Part shown: positions 12,906 through 24,217 of the stretch, piece after piece
How the letters are laid out: every line of letters starts with the position of its first letter
Numbering within the stretch: the stretch's first letter is position 1
Made by a program: the position numbers and the translations under genes
Source: Felis catus
Lineage: Eukaryota
Direction: 5' to 3'
Assembly (NCBI RefSeq): GCF_018350175.1
Contig: NC_058383.1
Location: forward strand, 6,884,001 to 6,948,000
DNA: 64,000 nucleotides
The notes under the pieces: generated by a model
Told to the model about the DNA's origin: nothing
Seen by the model: the letters and a program-made list of their open reading frames with translations, nothing else
Database searches by the model: none

Positions 12906-13456
12906 TGATGCAGGCTGGTTGGCTCTGTGGTTCCTGCACAGGACCAGCCAAGAGGGTCCTTGGCTTTGCTCAGGATGGAAATCAAACTTCAAGCCAAGAG
13001 GAAGTGAGAGCAGAGTTTATAAAAGACATAGAGAGAGTGTAGTTACAGACAGAGTGGCCTAGAGACTCAGAAAGGAAAGAAGAGTGAGTCTTCTCTTTGC
13101 TTGGGGTCTGGGGTTTTATTGAGGATGGTGGTCCGAGTGCTGGAGTCTTCTTAGTAATCCAGGAACAAAGACGGGTGTCCTCCATAACTCACTGATACCC
13201 TGGAGCCAGGATTCTTGGTGAGTCAGTGGTTTTGGAAAACATTTATGATAACCTCACCCAGTCACTCCTTAGATATTATCTGTTGTGCTGGAAGACTCCA
13301 AGGAAATCATTAACTTCATGACCTTTACAAGGAGGACACTATCTGTTCTATAAGGCAGGCGTATGTAAGGTGGGGTCTAGGTCCTAGCAGGAACAGAGGC
13401 AGGAAAAGGAGCCAAAAAGCAGTTTTTCATGGGGTCCTGTTAGTTTCCTGGTTTCA
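12906..13456 (-). mobile_element. Solo ERV LTR
   Basis: TG...CA termini inside old L1; tttatt (minus-strand polyA signal) at ~13115. Confidence 0.6.
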
Positions 13457-13482
13457 AATAGGTAAACAAATTGTGGTATATA

Positions 13483-15389
13483 TGGTGAGAAATTGACATG
13501 ACAAGTCATTTGAAAATGGAGCTGAAGCAGGCACTGCAGAGAAACTGCCTAACCAGCATAGTTTGAACTGGGCCAAAACCTCTGGACCAGGCAAAATGGC
13601 AGGTTTTTTTTTTTTTTATTTTTTTTTTTTTTTAAGATTTACATCCAAATTAGTTAGCATATAGTGCAACACTGATTTCAGGGGTAGATTCCTTAATGCC
13701 CCTTACCCATTTAGCTGATCCCCTCCCCACAATCCTTCTAGTAACCCTCAGTTTGTTCTCCATATTTATGAGTCTCTTCTGTTTTGTCCCCCTCCCTGTT
13801 TTTATATTATTTTTGTTTCCCTGCCCTTATGTTCATCTGTTTTGTCTCTTAAAGTCCTCATATGAGTGAAGTCATATGGTTTTTGTCTTTCTCTGACTAA
13901 TTTCATTTAGCATAATACCCTCCAGTTCCATTCATGTAGTTGCAAATGGAAAGATTTCATTCTTTTTGATTGCCAAGTAATACTCCTTTGTATATATAGA
14001 CCACATTTTCTTTATCCATTCATCCATTGATGGACATTTGGGCTCTTTCCATACTTTGGCTATTGTTGACAGTGCTGCTATAAACATGGGGGCGCATGTG
14101 TCCCTTCAAAACAGCACACCTGTATCCCATGGATAAACGCCTAGTAGTGCAGTTGCTGGGTCGTAGGGTAGTTCTATTTTTAGTTTTTTGAGGAACCCCC
14201 ATACTGTTTTCCAGAGTAGCTGCACCAGCTTGCATTCCTACCAACAATGCAAAAGAGATCCTCTTTCTCTGCATCTTCCTCAACATCTGTTGTTGCCTGA
14301 GTTGTTAATGTTAGCCATTCTGACAGGTGTAAAGTGGTATCTCATTGTGGTTTTGATTTGTATTTCCCTGATGATGAGTGATGTGGAGCATTTTTTCATG
14401 TGTTGGTTGGCCATCTGGATGTCTTCTTTGGAGAAGTGTCTATTCATGTCTTTTGCCCATTTCTTCACTGGATTATTTGTTTTTTGGGTGTTGAGTTTGA
14501 TAAGCTCTTTATAGATTTTGGATACTAACCCTTTATCTGATATGTCATTTGCAAATATCTTCTCCTATTCTGTCAGTTGCTTTTAGTTTTGCTGATTGTT
14601 TCCTTCACTGTGCAGAAGCTTTTTATTTTGATGAGGTCCCAGTAGTTCATTTTTGCTTTTGTTTCCCTTGCCTCCGAAGATGTGTTGAGTAAGAAGTTGC
14701 TGTGGCCAAGGTCAAAGAGGTTTTTGCCTGCTTTCTCCTGGAGGATTTTGATGGCATCCTGTCTTACATTTAGGTCTTTCACCCATTTTGAGTTTATTAT
14801 TGTGTATGGTGTAAGAAAGTGGTCCAGGTTCATTCTTCTTCATGTCGCTCTCCAGTTTTCCTAGCACCGCTTACTGAAGAGACTGTCTTTATTCCATTGG
14901 ATATTCTTTCCTGCTTTATCAGAGATGACTTGGCCATATGTTTGTGGGTCCATTTCTGGGTTCTCTATTCTGTACCATTGATCTGAGTGTCTGTTCTTGT
15001 GCTAGTACCATACTGTCTTGATGACTACAGCTTTGTAGTAAAGCTTGAAGTCTGGATTGTGATAAAATGCCAGTTGTTTTAAGCAATTGCTTGAGAAGTC
15101 AAAGGGATTGCAAGACTGATAGTTATGAACTTTCTGAAGATAAAACCATCAGTCAGTCAATATATAACTCAAAGTAGCCTAGCTTTTAAAACCCCCTAGA
15201 AAACTTTTTTTCCCCTTCAACTCATAAAATTGACCCCTTCTCTTTTCTCATAAAACCCCCTTGCTTTCATCCTAAAGTGGGACTATGTTTGGGTTTCTAC
15301 CTGAATCTGCTCTCCCTAAATTGCAGTTATCTTATCTCAAATAAACCCTGGTTTGCCTTTCACTGTGACTTGTTATTTTTAGGTTGGCA
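13483..15389 (+). mobile_element. Solo ERV1-type LTR interrupted by an L1
   Basis: TG start, cataaaa TATA-like, aataaa at ~15340, ends ttttaggttggca. Confidence 0.6.
13604..15063 (-). mobile_element. 5'-truncated L1 (~1.45 kb), intermediate-age felid subfamily
   Basis: Poly(T) tail, 3'UTR, ORF2 C-terminus; degenerate TSD aaaatg(g/c)cag. Confidence 0.92.
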
Positions 15390-15494
15390 GTATATATCAT
15401 AGGATATTATTCAGCCATGAAAGGGATGAAATACTGATACGTGCCTGAGCAGGAAGGAGTCTCGAAAACATTGTCTTCAGTAAAAGAAGTGCTC

Positions 15495-16083
15495 AAAAGA
15501 AACAGGACCCAATGGAGTCACTCATGTTAAACCCCACCAAGACTTAATACCAAATCCAATTGTAGTTTCTGCCTCTCCCAGGAGTGGAATTTTACACCAG
15601 TCGGTCTGGAATTTCCTGATCAGCACTGGTGAGGCCATCTGCCTGATAAAACTTCCTGCCTTCCCTTAAGGGAAGGTAACTTTGCCTAAAATAATACACT
15701 ATTTTTTTAATGTTTATTTATTTTTGAGAGAGAGAGAGAGCAAGAGAGAGTGAGTGCACAAGCGGGGAAGGGGCAGAGAGAGAGGGAGACACAGAATCCG
15801 AAGCAGGCTCCAGGCTCTGAGCTGTCAGTACAGAGCCTGATGTGGGTCTTGAACCCACGAATCATGAGATCATGACCTGAGCCAAAGTTGGAAGCTCAAT
15901 TGACTGAGCCACCCAGGCTCCCCTAAAATAACACACTCTTAACTTCCTGTCCCACATCCTTCTGTCTGAAAAATCCTTCCATTTCATATAGCTCCTGGAA
16001 GTACACTTCTGTTTATTAAATGGGATGCTGCTGATTTGTGAATTGTTGAATAAAGCCAATTAGATCTTTAAATTTAAGTTAAT
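15495..16083 (+). mobile_element. MER34-like LTR containing a minus-strand CAN-SINE (~15702-15923)
   Basis: aatggagtcactcatgttaa start and gaataaagccaattagatctttaaa end; SINE flanked by repeated cctaaaataa..cact. Confidence 0.6.
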
Positions 16084-16290
16084 AGGGGCCACATATTACA
16101 TGACTCCATTTGTATGAAACCTTTAGTGTGGGAAAATCCATAAAGACAGAATGTAGATCCATGGTTGCCAGGGGTGAGGAAAGGAGAAAGTGGGAGAATC
16201 TGCTTAATGGGCACAGGATTTTATTTTGGAGTAATAGAAATGCTTTCAGAACTAGATAGAGGTAGTTGTTGCACAGCATTGTGAATGTAC

Positions 16291-16733
16291 TGTTAAAAAA
16301 AATGAAATTCAACTGAGTAAATTTGAAAATCTCATTGGCTTTATTAAGCAATTCATGAATCTTCAGGCAACATCCTATCTAGCAAGTAGAGAGATTCTTT
16401 GAGGAGTTGTACAACATGGAAGATTTTTATAGGCAGGAGGTGGGCAAGGAAGTTATTAGCAAAAGAAAAGTTTGTTTCAGCAAGGTCATCCAACCTAGGG
16501 GAAAGGGCAGGGTCTTATTAGGTAAATTATCTCATCTTCCTCTGGAGATTCTAGAGGGGCTCATGTGACAGATTACCTCACTGGTGCTGACCAGAAGATT
16601 CCTGACTGACTGGTTAAGACAACGTTGCTTGGAGAGGTTGAAATTGCAGTTAAGATACATATTAAGCCCTGGTTTGGTGTCTTGGCCTAGCATAAATGAT
16701 TCCATCTTGGGCTTGTGGTTTTTCCCTTAAGCA
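16291..16733 (-). mobile_element. Solo ERV1-type LTR
   Basis: tgttaaaa...ttggctttattaagcaattcatgaatc start, ends cttaagca; flanked by gtac on both sides. Confidence 0.6.
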
Positions 16734-17578
16734 GTACAGTTAAAGTGAACACTGAATTGTTCACTTTAAAATGGCTAATTTTACATTATATGACTTCTAC
16801 TTCAACAAATGTTTTGAAACCAAGAAATTACCCTAACAAGTGTAAGAAAGGTCACTGTGGTGCTTGCCAAGCCCAGTGGCTTTTTCCAGAGGTCCTGGCC
16901 AGTCTCCAGCCCTGTGCTGACCAGAGTAGGCCTTAGCCCTGGCCCTGAAAGCAAAGAATGCTTACCTGGGGCTGTGGTGTGATTAATTCCTTATTAGCAG
17001 CCATAAAAGTCAGCTTGATTTAGACACTGTACCTTGCAACCAAGAAATGACAAACATACTCAGCAATGATAATGATGGTAAGCTGGCCATTATAACAGGC
17101 TGAAATGCCCTCTCTTTTCTTTCTCTGACCAAATACTCCTCTGTCCCTGGTACAACCTGTGCCACCTCCTCTGGGAACCTACTCCCTTCCTGCCCACCCC
17201 CTACTCCTGCCCCTGCCCCACATCCCACTTGTTTCTGCCTTCCCCAAGCTCCTGATGCCTTCCTTTGGAAGTGTCTGACTACAGTGGAGTACCCCACCTA
17301 GGGCCTTTGTGTAAGTGCCCTTTGTAATAGTCTTGTTCACACTTTGCCCCATGGTGTGTCATAGCACTAGGTACAGTGAAGACTGATTCAGACTGATAGA
17401 GAGGTCTCCATGGCCCTGAGAATAACCATGTGACCAACCAAAATTGGCTGGAGCTTGAGAGTAGGGTGCACTTGGTGAGGCAGGGTGTCTGGAAAAAATC
17501 AGTGGGCTTGGCAGCTACTCATGTATCTTTGGGAATTTCTTGGGACAACAGGCAAAAATGTTTGATGAGTGTTTATTT

Positions 17579-17812
17579 TCTAGGGAGATACGTCATTACT
17601 TTCATCTGATTATCAGAGAAGCCTGTGTTCTAACGAAAGATCAAGAACTCCAGCTTGTAAACCTAGATGATCTTGGCCAAATGATTGACCCTCTCCTCTG
17701 GTCCTCTCCTTTCCCCTCTGCCCATTGCTAGTCAGTTCAGGAAGTTTTACAAGGCAGAAAAATATTTAATTTTTTTCAGTAATTTTTGAACTGTTAACCA
17801 TGGGATCCCCAG
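17579..17812 (+). promoter_or_regulatory. Homolog of the CYP3A4 xenobiotic-responsive enhancer module (XREM)
   Basis: tctagggagata...tttcatctgattatcagagaa...aaagatca...cagcttgtaaacctagatgatct...tgaccctct...gtcagttca...tttaatttttttcagt is colinear with human XREM as recalled; non-repetitive sequence. Confidence 0.75.
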
Positions 17813-19924
17813 TCTGGGTTCTTGACAAAAACAAGTACTGATGTCTTTCCCATTTGCAGCAAAAAGTTAATTGATGAGATTTTCTTTATTTAAAAACAGT
17901 TACTATTTTTGAAAAGGCTGTATGGGCATAAAGTAAAACATTAAAGTGGTATAAGAGGGAAGTGCTTTTATACTATGAAGAGTGATATTTTCTGTAGGTT
18001 TTTTGGGAGATACTTTAATCATGTTAAGAAAGTTCCCTATTAGTACTTTAAAACTTTTTTTATATTATAAATGGGAGTTGAATATTATCAAATACTTTTT
18101 CTAAAACTATTTTGATGATAAGACTTTTCTTATTTAATTTGTTAATGTGATAACTGATATTTCTGTTTTTCTCTATTAGCCACCCTTGAGTTCCAGGGTC
18201 AAATCCAACTTGGTCACAGTGTATTAAGTTTGCTGGCCAAGGATCAGGCCAGTTAGGAGGTCAACTATTGGGAGCAACTGATAGATGACCCATGAGCTGG
18301 ACCCAGGCAGTTGGAGGCTACTCACCCTCTCCTGTCCTTGGAATGTGTATTTTTCTGTTTTCCCCATTCCCAGAAATAGTCCCAAAGACACAGCCTTGAC
18401 ATAGTGATGTGGTACTGAGTATATCTGGACCATACACATGACTGAACCCATCATAGCTGAGCATGGGTTTTTGAGGCAGATGAAAGAGTATTAGTTCCCA
18501 CAGAGGTCTGGTTTCCAAGTAAAATAAAAAAAGCTTTGTGTTTAGGTGAAACTTTGTGTTAGGTAAGGCTTTGTGTTTATTAGCTTTATCAGGCATCAAG
18601 AGCATTAAGTTTTATCAAGCATCTAGAATTAGCAGATGACATGAATCTTTCCTTGTTTGCACATATTCTATGTACCTCTCTGCTGGGGAACATAGAAAGG
18701 GACATCCCACCCAACAATATTCTTAGTACCATCTTGACTAGCATCTGCCTTTCCTATTGAGATGAGGCAGAGTCCTGTGACCTGGAAGACAGAGAAGGCA
18801 GGTGCTTTCCATGGGTCTCCATGGATTAGGAACAGAATTATAACCCATTTGTTGTGGGTCTCATTATTTCCCGTAGTGATCCTTATCAGGGAAGGGCAAA
18901 CGTTGATTATCAGTACTGTAGAGTGCAGAAGACTTTTCAGTCTCTCTCTATGTTCGCTTATTTACAATATATTCTTGTGATCAATAACTGTTGGGAAGCT
19001 AATTGCAGTCACTGAGTCTCAGTATCTATGAATGCAAACTGGAGATAATAGCATGACCCTTTGGAATGATGCCCAGTGAAGGCACCAAAAGGGGAAAGAA
19101 ATATTTCAGAATTCCTGGGACTTTCTCTTCTACTTTTCCTGGGGATCATCTTCCAGCTCCCCATGTCTGTCCTGTGTTGGTATTCCAGCTTGGAGCCACT
19201 TCTTTCTTAATTACCTTTTTGTAGGGCTCCATTGTCTCAGAGAATCCAGAGGTATGCCACGCAATCAATCCATGGTTTCTCAGGACATGCAGACAAAGAA
19301 CATGGGTCAGATTGATGTTAATGAGCCAGTGTAATTTCTAGATGCCCTGTTATCGATTTCTCCCATTAGGTATCTAGCATGGTCACCAACGATCCTCCCA
19401 GAAAGGATATACTGGAAGCCCAGTAATTTAACCTCTACCAACTCAACTCCATCAACCTTTCCGAATGCCCCCTGAGCATATAGCGCTTTGTTGGAGACTA
19501 AGGACATAATTTTTATGACTACTTTGACTGTGCCTGTGAGAAACTTTCTATCTGTAAGGCAAATAGGGGTGGAGACCAATGAGAGGGGTGGAGAGGACAG
19601 AGAACAAGAAAAGAACTTGGGCTCATAAGACAGAAATTTCGCAGATAAGGAAGTGGTTATATCTGTTCAAGGAGATTGGTGAGGAAAAACTCCAAAATAG
19701 GGGCTTCTGTCGCAGCTGGATTTGAGGAGGAGTAAGATCCTTCTAGGATACACAGGGGCATTTCTAGGCAGAGGAAACTACATGAGTAAACACGAGTAGA
19801 CCCAGGTTGTTTGAAGGATTTCAAGTATTTTGGAGTGCAGGCAGCCATGATGACAAGGACAGGTTAGAGACTTAAGAACAGTGACTTTACCTGAGTTTCT
19901 CAAACCTTTGAGATTATTGATAAC

Positions 19925-20113
19925 ACTGATTGAGTTGTTTATTGATTTCCCACAGAATATGAACTTAAAGGTCAAACTGGGAGTGTCCATGATGCTTTGC
20001 CAACACTCGTGGGTGGGGAGGCACCTTCAGCTGGAGCACAGGTTGTACCAGCTGGGGCTCCAGTCCCACCCCCTCTTCAGTATATACATTCCAGCCTCAC
20101 TGAATCACTGCTG
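19925..20113 (+). promoter_or_regulatory. CYP3A proximal promoter: FOXA-like tgtttat, nuclear-receptor everted repeat (19960-19974), NF1-like ttgccaa, C-rich BTE-like box, TATA-like tatataca (20081), probable TSS near 20104
   Basis: Order and sequence gattgagttgtttat...agaatatgaact...aggtca...ctttgccaac...cagcctcactgaatcactgctg match the human CYP3A4 proximal promoter as recalled; alignment not computed. Confidence 0.8.
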
Positions 20114-20204
20114 GTGGGAAGGAAAGCTCCACACGCACAGGCCAGCAAAGACTGGCGCACACTGCTGAAAGAGAGTAGAGGAGATTCACAGAGGGAAAGT
20201 GGCC

Positions 20205-20275
20205 ATGGACCTGATCCCAAGCTTTTCCACAGAAACCTGGCTTCTCCTGGCTACCAGCCTGGTGCTCCTCTATCT
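20205..20275 (+). CDS. CYP3A: CYP3A exon 1 coding part (71 nt), N-terminal membrane anchor
   Basis: gccATGg Kozak context; MDLIPSFSTETWLLLATSLVLLYL; donor gtgagt at 20276. Confidence 0.97.
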
Positions 20276-21411
20276 GTGAGTAACTGTTCAGGCTCATCGC
20301 CTCTGGAACCTTGCTAATCAGCAACCTCTACCCCTTTTTCTTGCCTGTTCTGTGGATGAAGAGTTAACAAAAGGAAGTTCCTGAAGTGTTGGGTGCTTCA
20401 AACAAGCTAGAAACACATAAGGGGTTATTATTGATGTCCCTCAGCTCTGCGGAAGGAGTACCCCCATGCCCCAACTCCAATTTCTGTAGTTAGGAGGGCT
20501 GAGAGATATTATTTGCTCTTGGCGATGATCTTCTGATTCAGCCCCTGTTGGGACCTAGACCCATCAAGCAGAATTCACCAGAGACAGATTAAAATCAATA
20601 GGCCCCTGTGCTCGGGGTCCTCATCCCCATCTCAAGATCTGGGGATTCTGGAGGCAGAGGACTGACTTGGGTCTTGTCTCATTATATTCACCTTCCTGCT
20701 CTGTGTCCGCTAAGGATACATGTAAAAGGATTGGGCCTGTGTCTCTCAGGTGGCTCCTGCTCCCCTCCCTCCTGCCAGCAAGCATCATGTACACAAGTGC
20801 ACCCAGACTTCCAGGGTGGCTGGATGTGCCTCACCTTCCTCTTCAGAATGGACTCTTCCCTCTTTTCTGTGCCCCTCTCCTGGCCACTCCCCGACCTTGT
20901 AATATGCAGAACTCCTTACCCTAAATGAGTACCTTTAGAGCTGAAGAGACTTGGCAGAAATCTTGAAATTTTATTCATTTCAGGTTTTCCTTCTAGTGTC
21001 TGGGAAGGTTAGCATCAGTATAGAGATTTCTTCCTCCCTCGATATGAAATCTGCCAGCAGGCTGCAAAGACATAGCCCTGAAAGCAAATTTGGATATTAA
21101 ATATGTTTTTTCCCTCTATGTTACAGTACAGGAGGAAAATCAAAATCATTAGCAGAGGAATTCCTTTCAGTGGTGGGTTTCCCAGTATCCTGGAACAGGT
21201 TGGGAACGGACTTAGTTTCCAACTTCAGTCCCCCTTCTCTGCAGCTCAAGAGAACCAGGATGTCTGACAACAGAGACTTACGTGGAGCTGAAAGCATCCC
21301 ACTTTTCTATGAGGCCAATTGAGGCTGGGACACAGTTTTAATTGTACAGAAATAAGAACACTGGTTGCTCCAGGCCTCTATAAAGATAGATTCAAGTAGG
21401 ATCAGACCCCA

Positions 21412-21601
21412 GGGGCCCCTGAGTGGCCCCACTGGTTGAGTGTCCAACTATGATTTGCACTCAGGTCATGATCCCATGGTCATGGGATAGAGTCCTGCAT
21501 TGGGCTCTGTACCGAGTGTAAGATTCTCTCTCTTTCTCTCCCTCTCTTCCTTGCTCATGCTTTCTCTCTCTCTCTCAAAAAGAAAAACACAAAACAAAAA
21601 A
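21412..21601 (+). mobile_element. CAN-SINE in intron 1
   Basis: Degenerate SINEC; flanked by gaccccag repeats. Confidence 0.85.
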
Positions 21602-22155
21602 GGACCCCAGACCCCAAATAGCAACAGGGACTACAAGGAAGGAAAAGAAGAAAGGTCTCTGAGCAAACTGTTAAGAACATTTTGATATAGACTCTCAGTA
21701 ACCCTCTGTTACTGAGTGAATATAATTAAGCAAACTCTCATCATTGGAGCAGAAAAATTTTTTTCTCTTCCTTCCTAGAATGACAATCTCTAAAATCATG
21801 GAAGAGTCATTTACTAAATAGGCATGAATGAATTTCCTGGAAGAATTCAGCATGAACTTTTCAGGAGATCTCAAGTATGGAAACATTTTTCAAGTGTTCA
21901 GTCTAGGATTGGGACTGTTAAATTTTCAGCTGCTCTTAGCTAATCATCATCATTATTATTACTGTTTGGGGTCTACAGTGGAGAAGGGAAAGGAGATGAT
22001 GAATGAATGTAACAATTGCCATTGGAATTGACGTTATTATTTCTTCCCTACATGTTACCTCCTCTCTTACCTGTTCTGGTTCTGCGTCAGTGATGGGCCA
22101 GTCCCCGCACCTCTTCCACCATCCCTGTGACCAGGCTTTCTCTTTAACTTTATAG

Positions 22156-22249
22156 ATATGGGACCCACACACATGGACTTTTTAAGAAGCTGGGAATTCC
22201 TGGGCCAAAACCTCTGCCTTTTTTGGGAACTGCTCTGGGGTACCGTCAG
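22156..22249 (+). CDS. CYP3A: CYP3A exon 2 (94 nt)
   Basis: tatag acceptor; [31 protein letters not shown] with proline-rich hinge; donor gtgggt. Confidence 0.97.
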
Positions 22250-22333
22250 GTGGGTGTTGTTTGAGCTCCCAGCTCCCTCTTTTGCTTCTTATGGTTGCAA
22301 ATTCCAGCTTAGTTCCATATTAAAAATACTCCT

Positions 22334-22378
22334 CAGCAGGAAGTTCTTAGGTTTCAGTAGGAAGTTCTTAGGTTTCAG
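22334..22378. repeat. 21-bp tandem duplication in intron 2
   Basis: cag(c/t)aggaagttcttaggttt twice. Confidence 0.9.
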
Positions 22379-24164
22379 ACTTTCCAGAAATGGTGTCATA
22401 GTCTCCACCCAGCATATGGCCAGGTGCACCCCAGGGCTCTCTCTTGTCTGTTCTTAGGAGCCTCAGGTTTCCCCTGCGCTGGCAGTCCAGATCTCTGGCT
22501 GATGCAGCACAGGACTTGCTGTTCCAACTTGGAGCATCGTGAAGAGTTCTTTGGCAGGTGCAGGTTCCCATGAAGGCATAATTGTACTTGTTATTAGTTG
22601 AAAAGTGTCAAGGGGTTCCCTGGTGGTGGCTCATTAGGCTCTGTATGCTAGAGTCAGACTTTCCTGTTCATAGCATGAGCTCTGAGTAGCCTTTTGGTTT
22701 TCCTGGATGGCTCTGGAACTTCAGTTTATGGGCAGCTCCAGATTCACCTTTGGGGAGTTTGCACATACTTGAATTCTCCTAAGAATTGCCAACCCCCTGC
22801 AGTTATTTTAATGACTCTAACCCATCCTTTGCTAATGGTGACAGCTTTTGGGATTTGAGTGGTTGAACCAGAATTTTCTGTTTTACTTCTCTGCCTTCAA
22901 AGGAGACACCCTATGGGTGAGTCTGAGCAGGGAAGGGGTCTAACTGAGGCAAGACGTTGCTTGTCTATTGACTTCAGATTTTAACCTCCAAATGAATTGC
23001 ATCTGTGTGGGTGTGGGTGTGGGTGTGGGTGTTTTATTTTTCACACAAAGGTAGAACCACTCATACAAAATCACTAGAAAAGAGTTGTTTTGACAAAACT
23101 ATTAAAGATTTAAAGTAACTGAATGGAATGTACTAGCAGACACACAGACTGAATGTTGAGGAGCCATATGGTTAATCCAGCTCTGATGCCTCATCCCAGG
23201 CCTGGCTCCTGAACAGAAGGTAGAAGCTCATGTCCAGAAGACAAGTAGGCAGAGTCTATATTACACACTGCTCTCTGCCTCAGAGTTCCTTTCCCACAGA
23301 CCTGAGGCTTGTTCCTCAGATTCCACTTCTCCTGGCCTCCAGTGCTCAGTTATCGTTAAGAACTTCCTGGACTTTTTCCTCTCTGAAAAAGCAATAATCT
23401 CCTTTCCACTTTCCCCAAATCAACTCCTTAGTACATGAACCCACATTTTGGACCCTGTTTTGCATAGTTAAAACATCAAAATTACTGCTGAAACATAGAG
23501 ACAGGAAGTTTTGTTGTTTCCTGATTTTGAAGTGACATAAGTGAAAACTCAGAGCAAGTGTTTTAATTTGCACCATCTTTTGTGGATTGGTGGCACCGTC
23601 CCCTCTTTTCTGTGTGAGAACTGGAAGTGAGCCCACTTTGTCATTCCTCCATTCATCTCTCACTTTCTCACTCAACAAACATGTGTTAGACTTCATGTAG
23701 ATCTGCTAGACTGAAAGAGGGCACAGGTGTCTTAATTTCCTAAATCTTCTGGAAATCTAGTAAGGCTCATGAGATCAATGAACAAGGGGCCATGCTGACT
23801 TTCCCTCAGCTTCCATTTCCTCACATGTCCCTGAAGGTAATAATTCAGATGGTTATGACATTTAGAGACACCCATGCACAAGCCAAACATGTCAGAAAGA
23901 CAGAGGTTACAGGGTCTTCATAGATGGGCTAAGATGTTCAGTATCTACAGTACTAGCAGACAACTCAAGAGAGACTTGAACTTCTCCATTTCATATCTGC
24001 TGTTTTCTCCTTTCCCATAAGATGTCTGTGAATAAGAGCTTCCCTCTATCTGCCAATGAGAGGTAGTAAGCCACATTTCATGCAATCTGAGTTGTATTTG
24101 TGTCCTTTAGAGGTAAGGCTCAGTACATTTAGTTTGTTTTAATATGTTTTGTTTCTCCTTGCAG

Positions 24165-24217
24165 GGTTTTTGTGAATTTGATGAGAAATGTTTTAGAACG
24201 TATGGAAGAATGTGGGG
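24165..24217 (+). CDS. CYP3A: CYP3A exon 3 (53 nt)
   Basis: ttgcag acceptor; GFCEFDEKCFRTYGRMWG; donor gtgagt. Confidence 0.96.

Larger units (their letters stand above)
12633..16815 (+). mobile_element. Old L1M(B-like) 3' end split into five pieces by LTR insertions
   Basis: Colinear L1 pieces at ~12633-12905, 13457-13482, 15390-15490, 16085-16290, 16740-16815. Confidence 0.7.

Noticed and set aside
19997..20317. 106-aa ORF spanning promoter and exon 1
   Set aside because: Starts at a non-ATG codon upstream of the probable TSS and is out of frame with the CYP3A coding sequence
22334..22378. 21-bp direct repeat as possible CRISPR-like or regulatory array
   Set aside because: Only two adjacent copies with no spacer; ordinary slippage duplication in a mammalian intron
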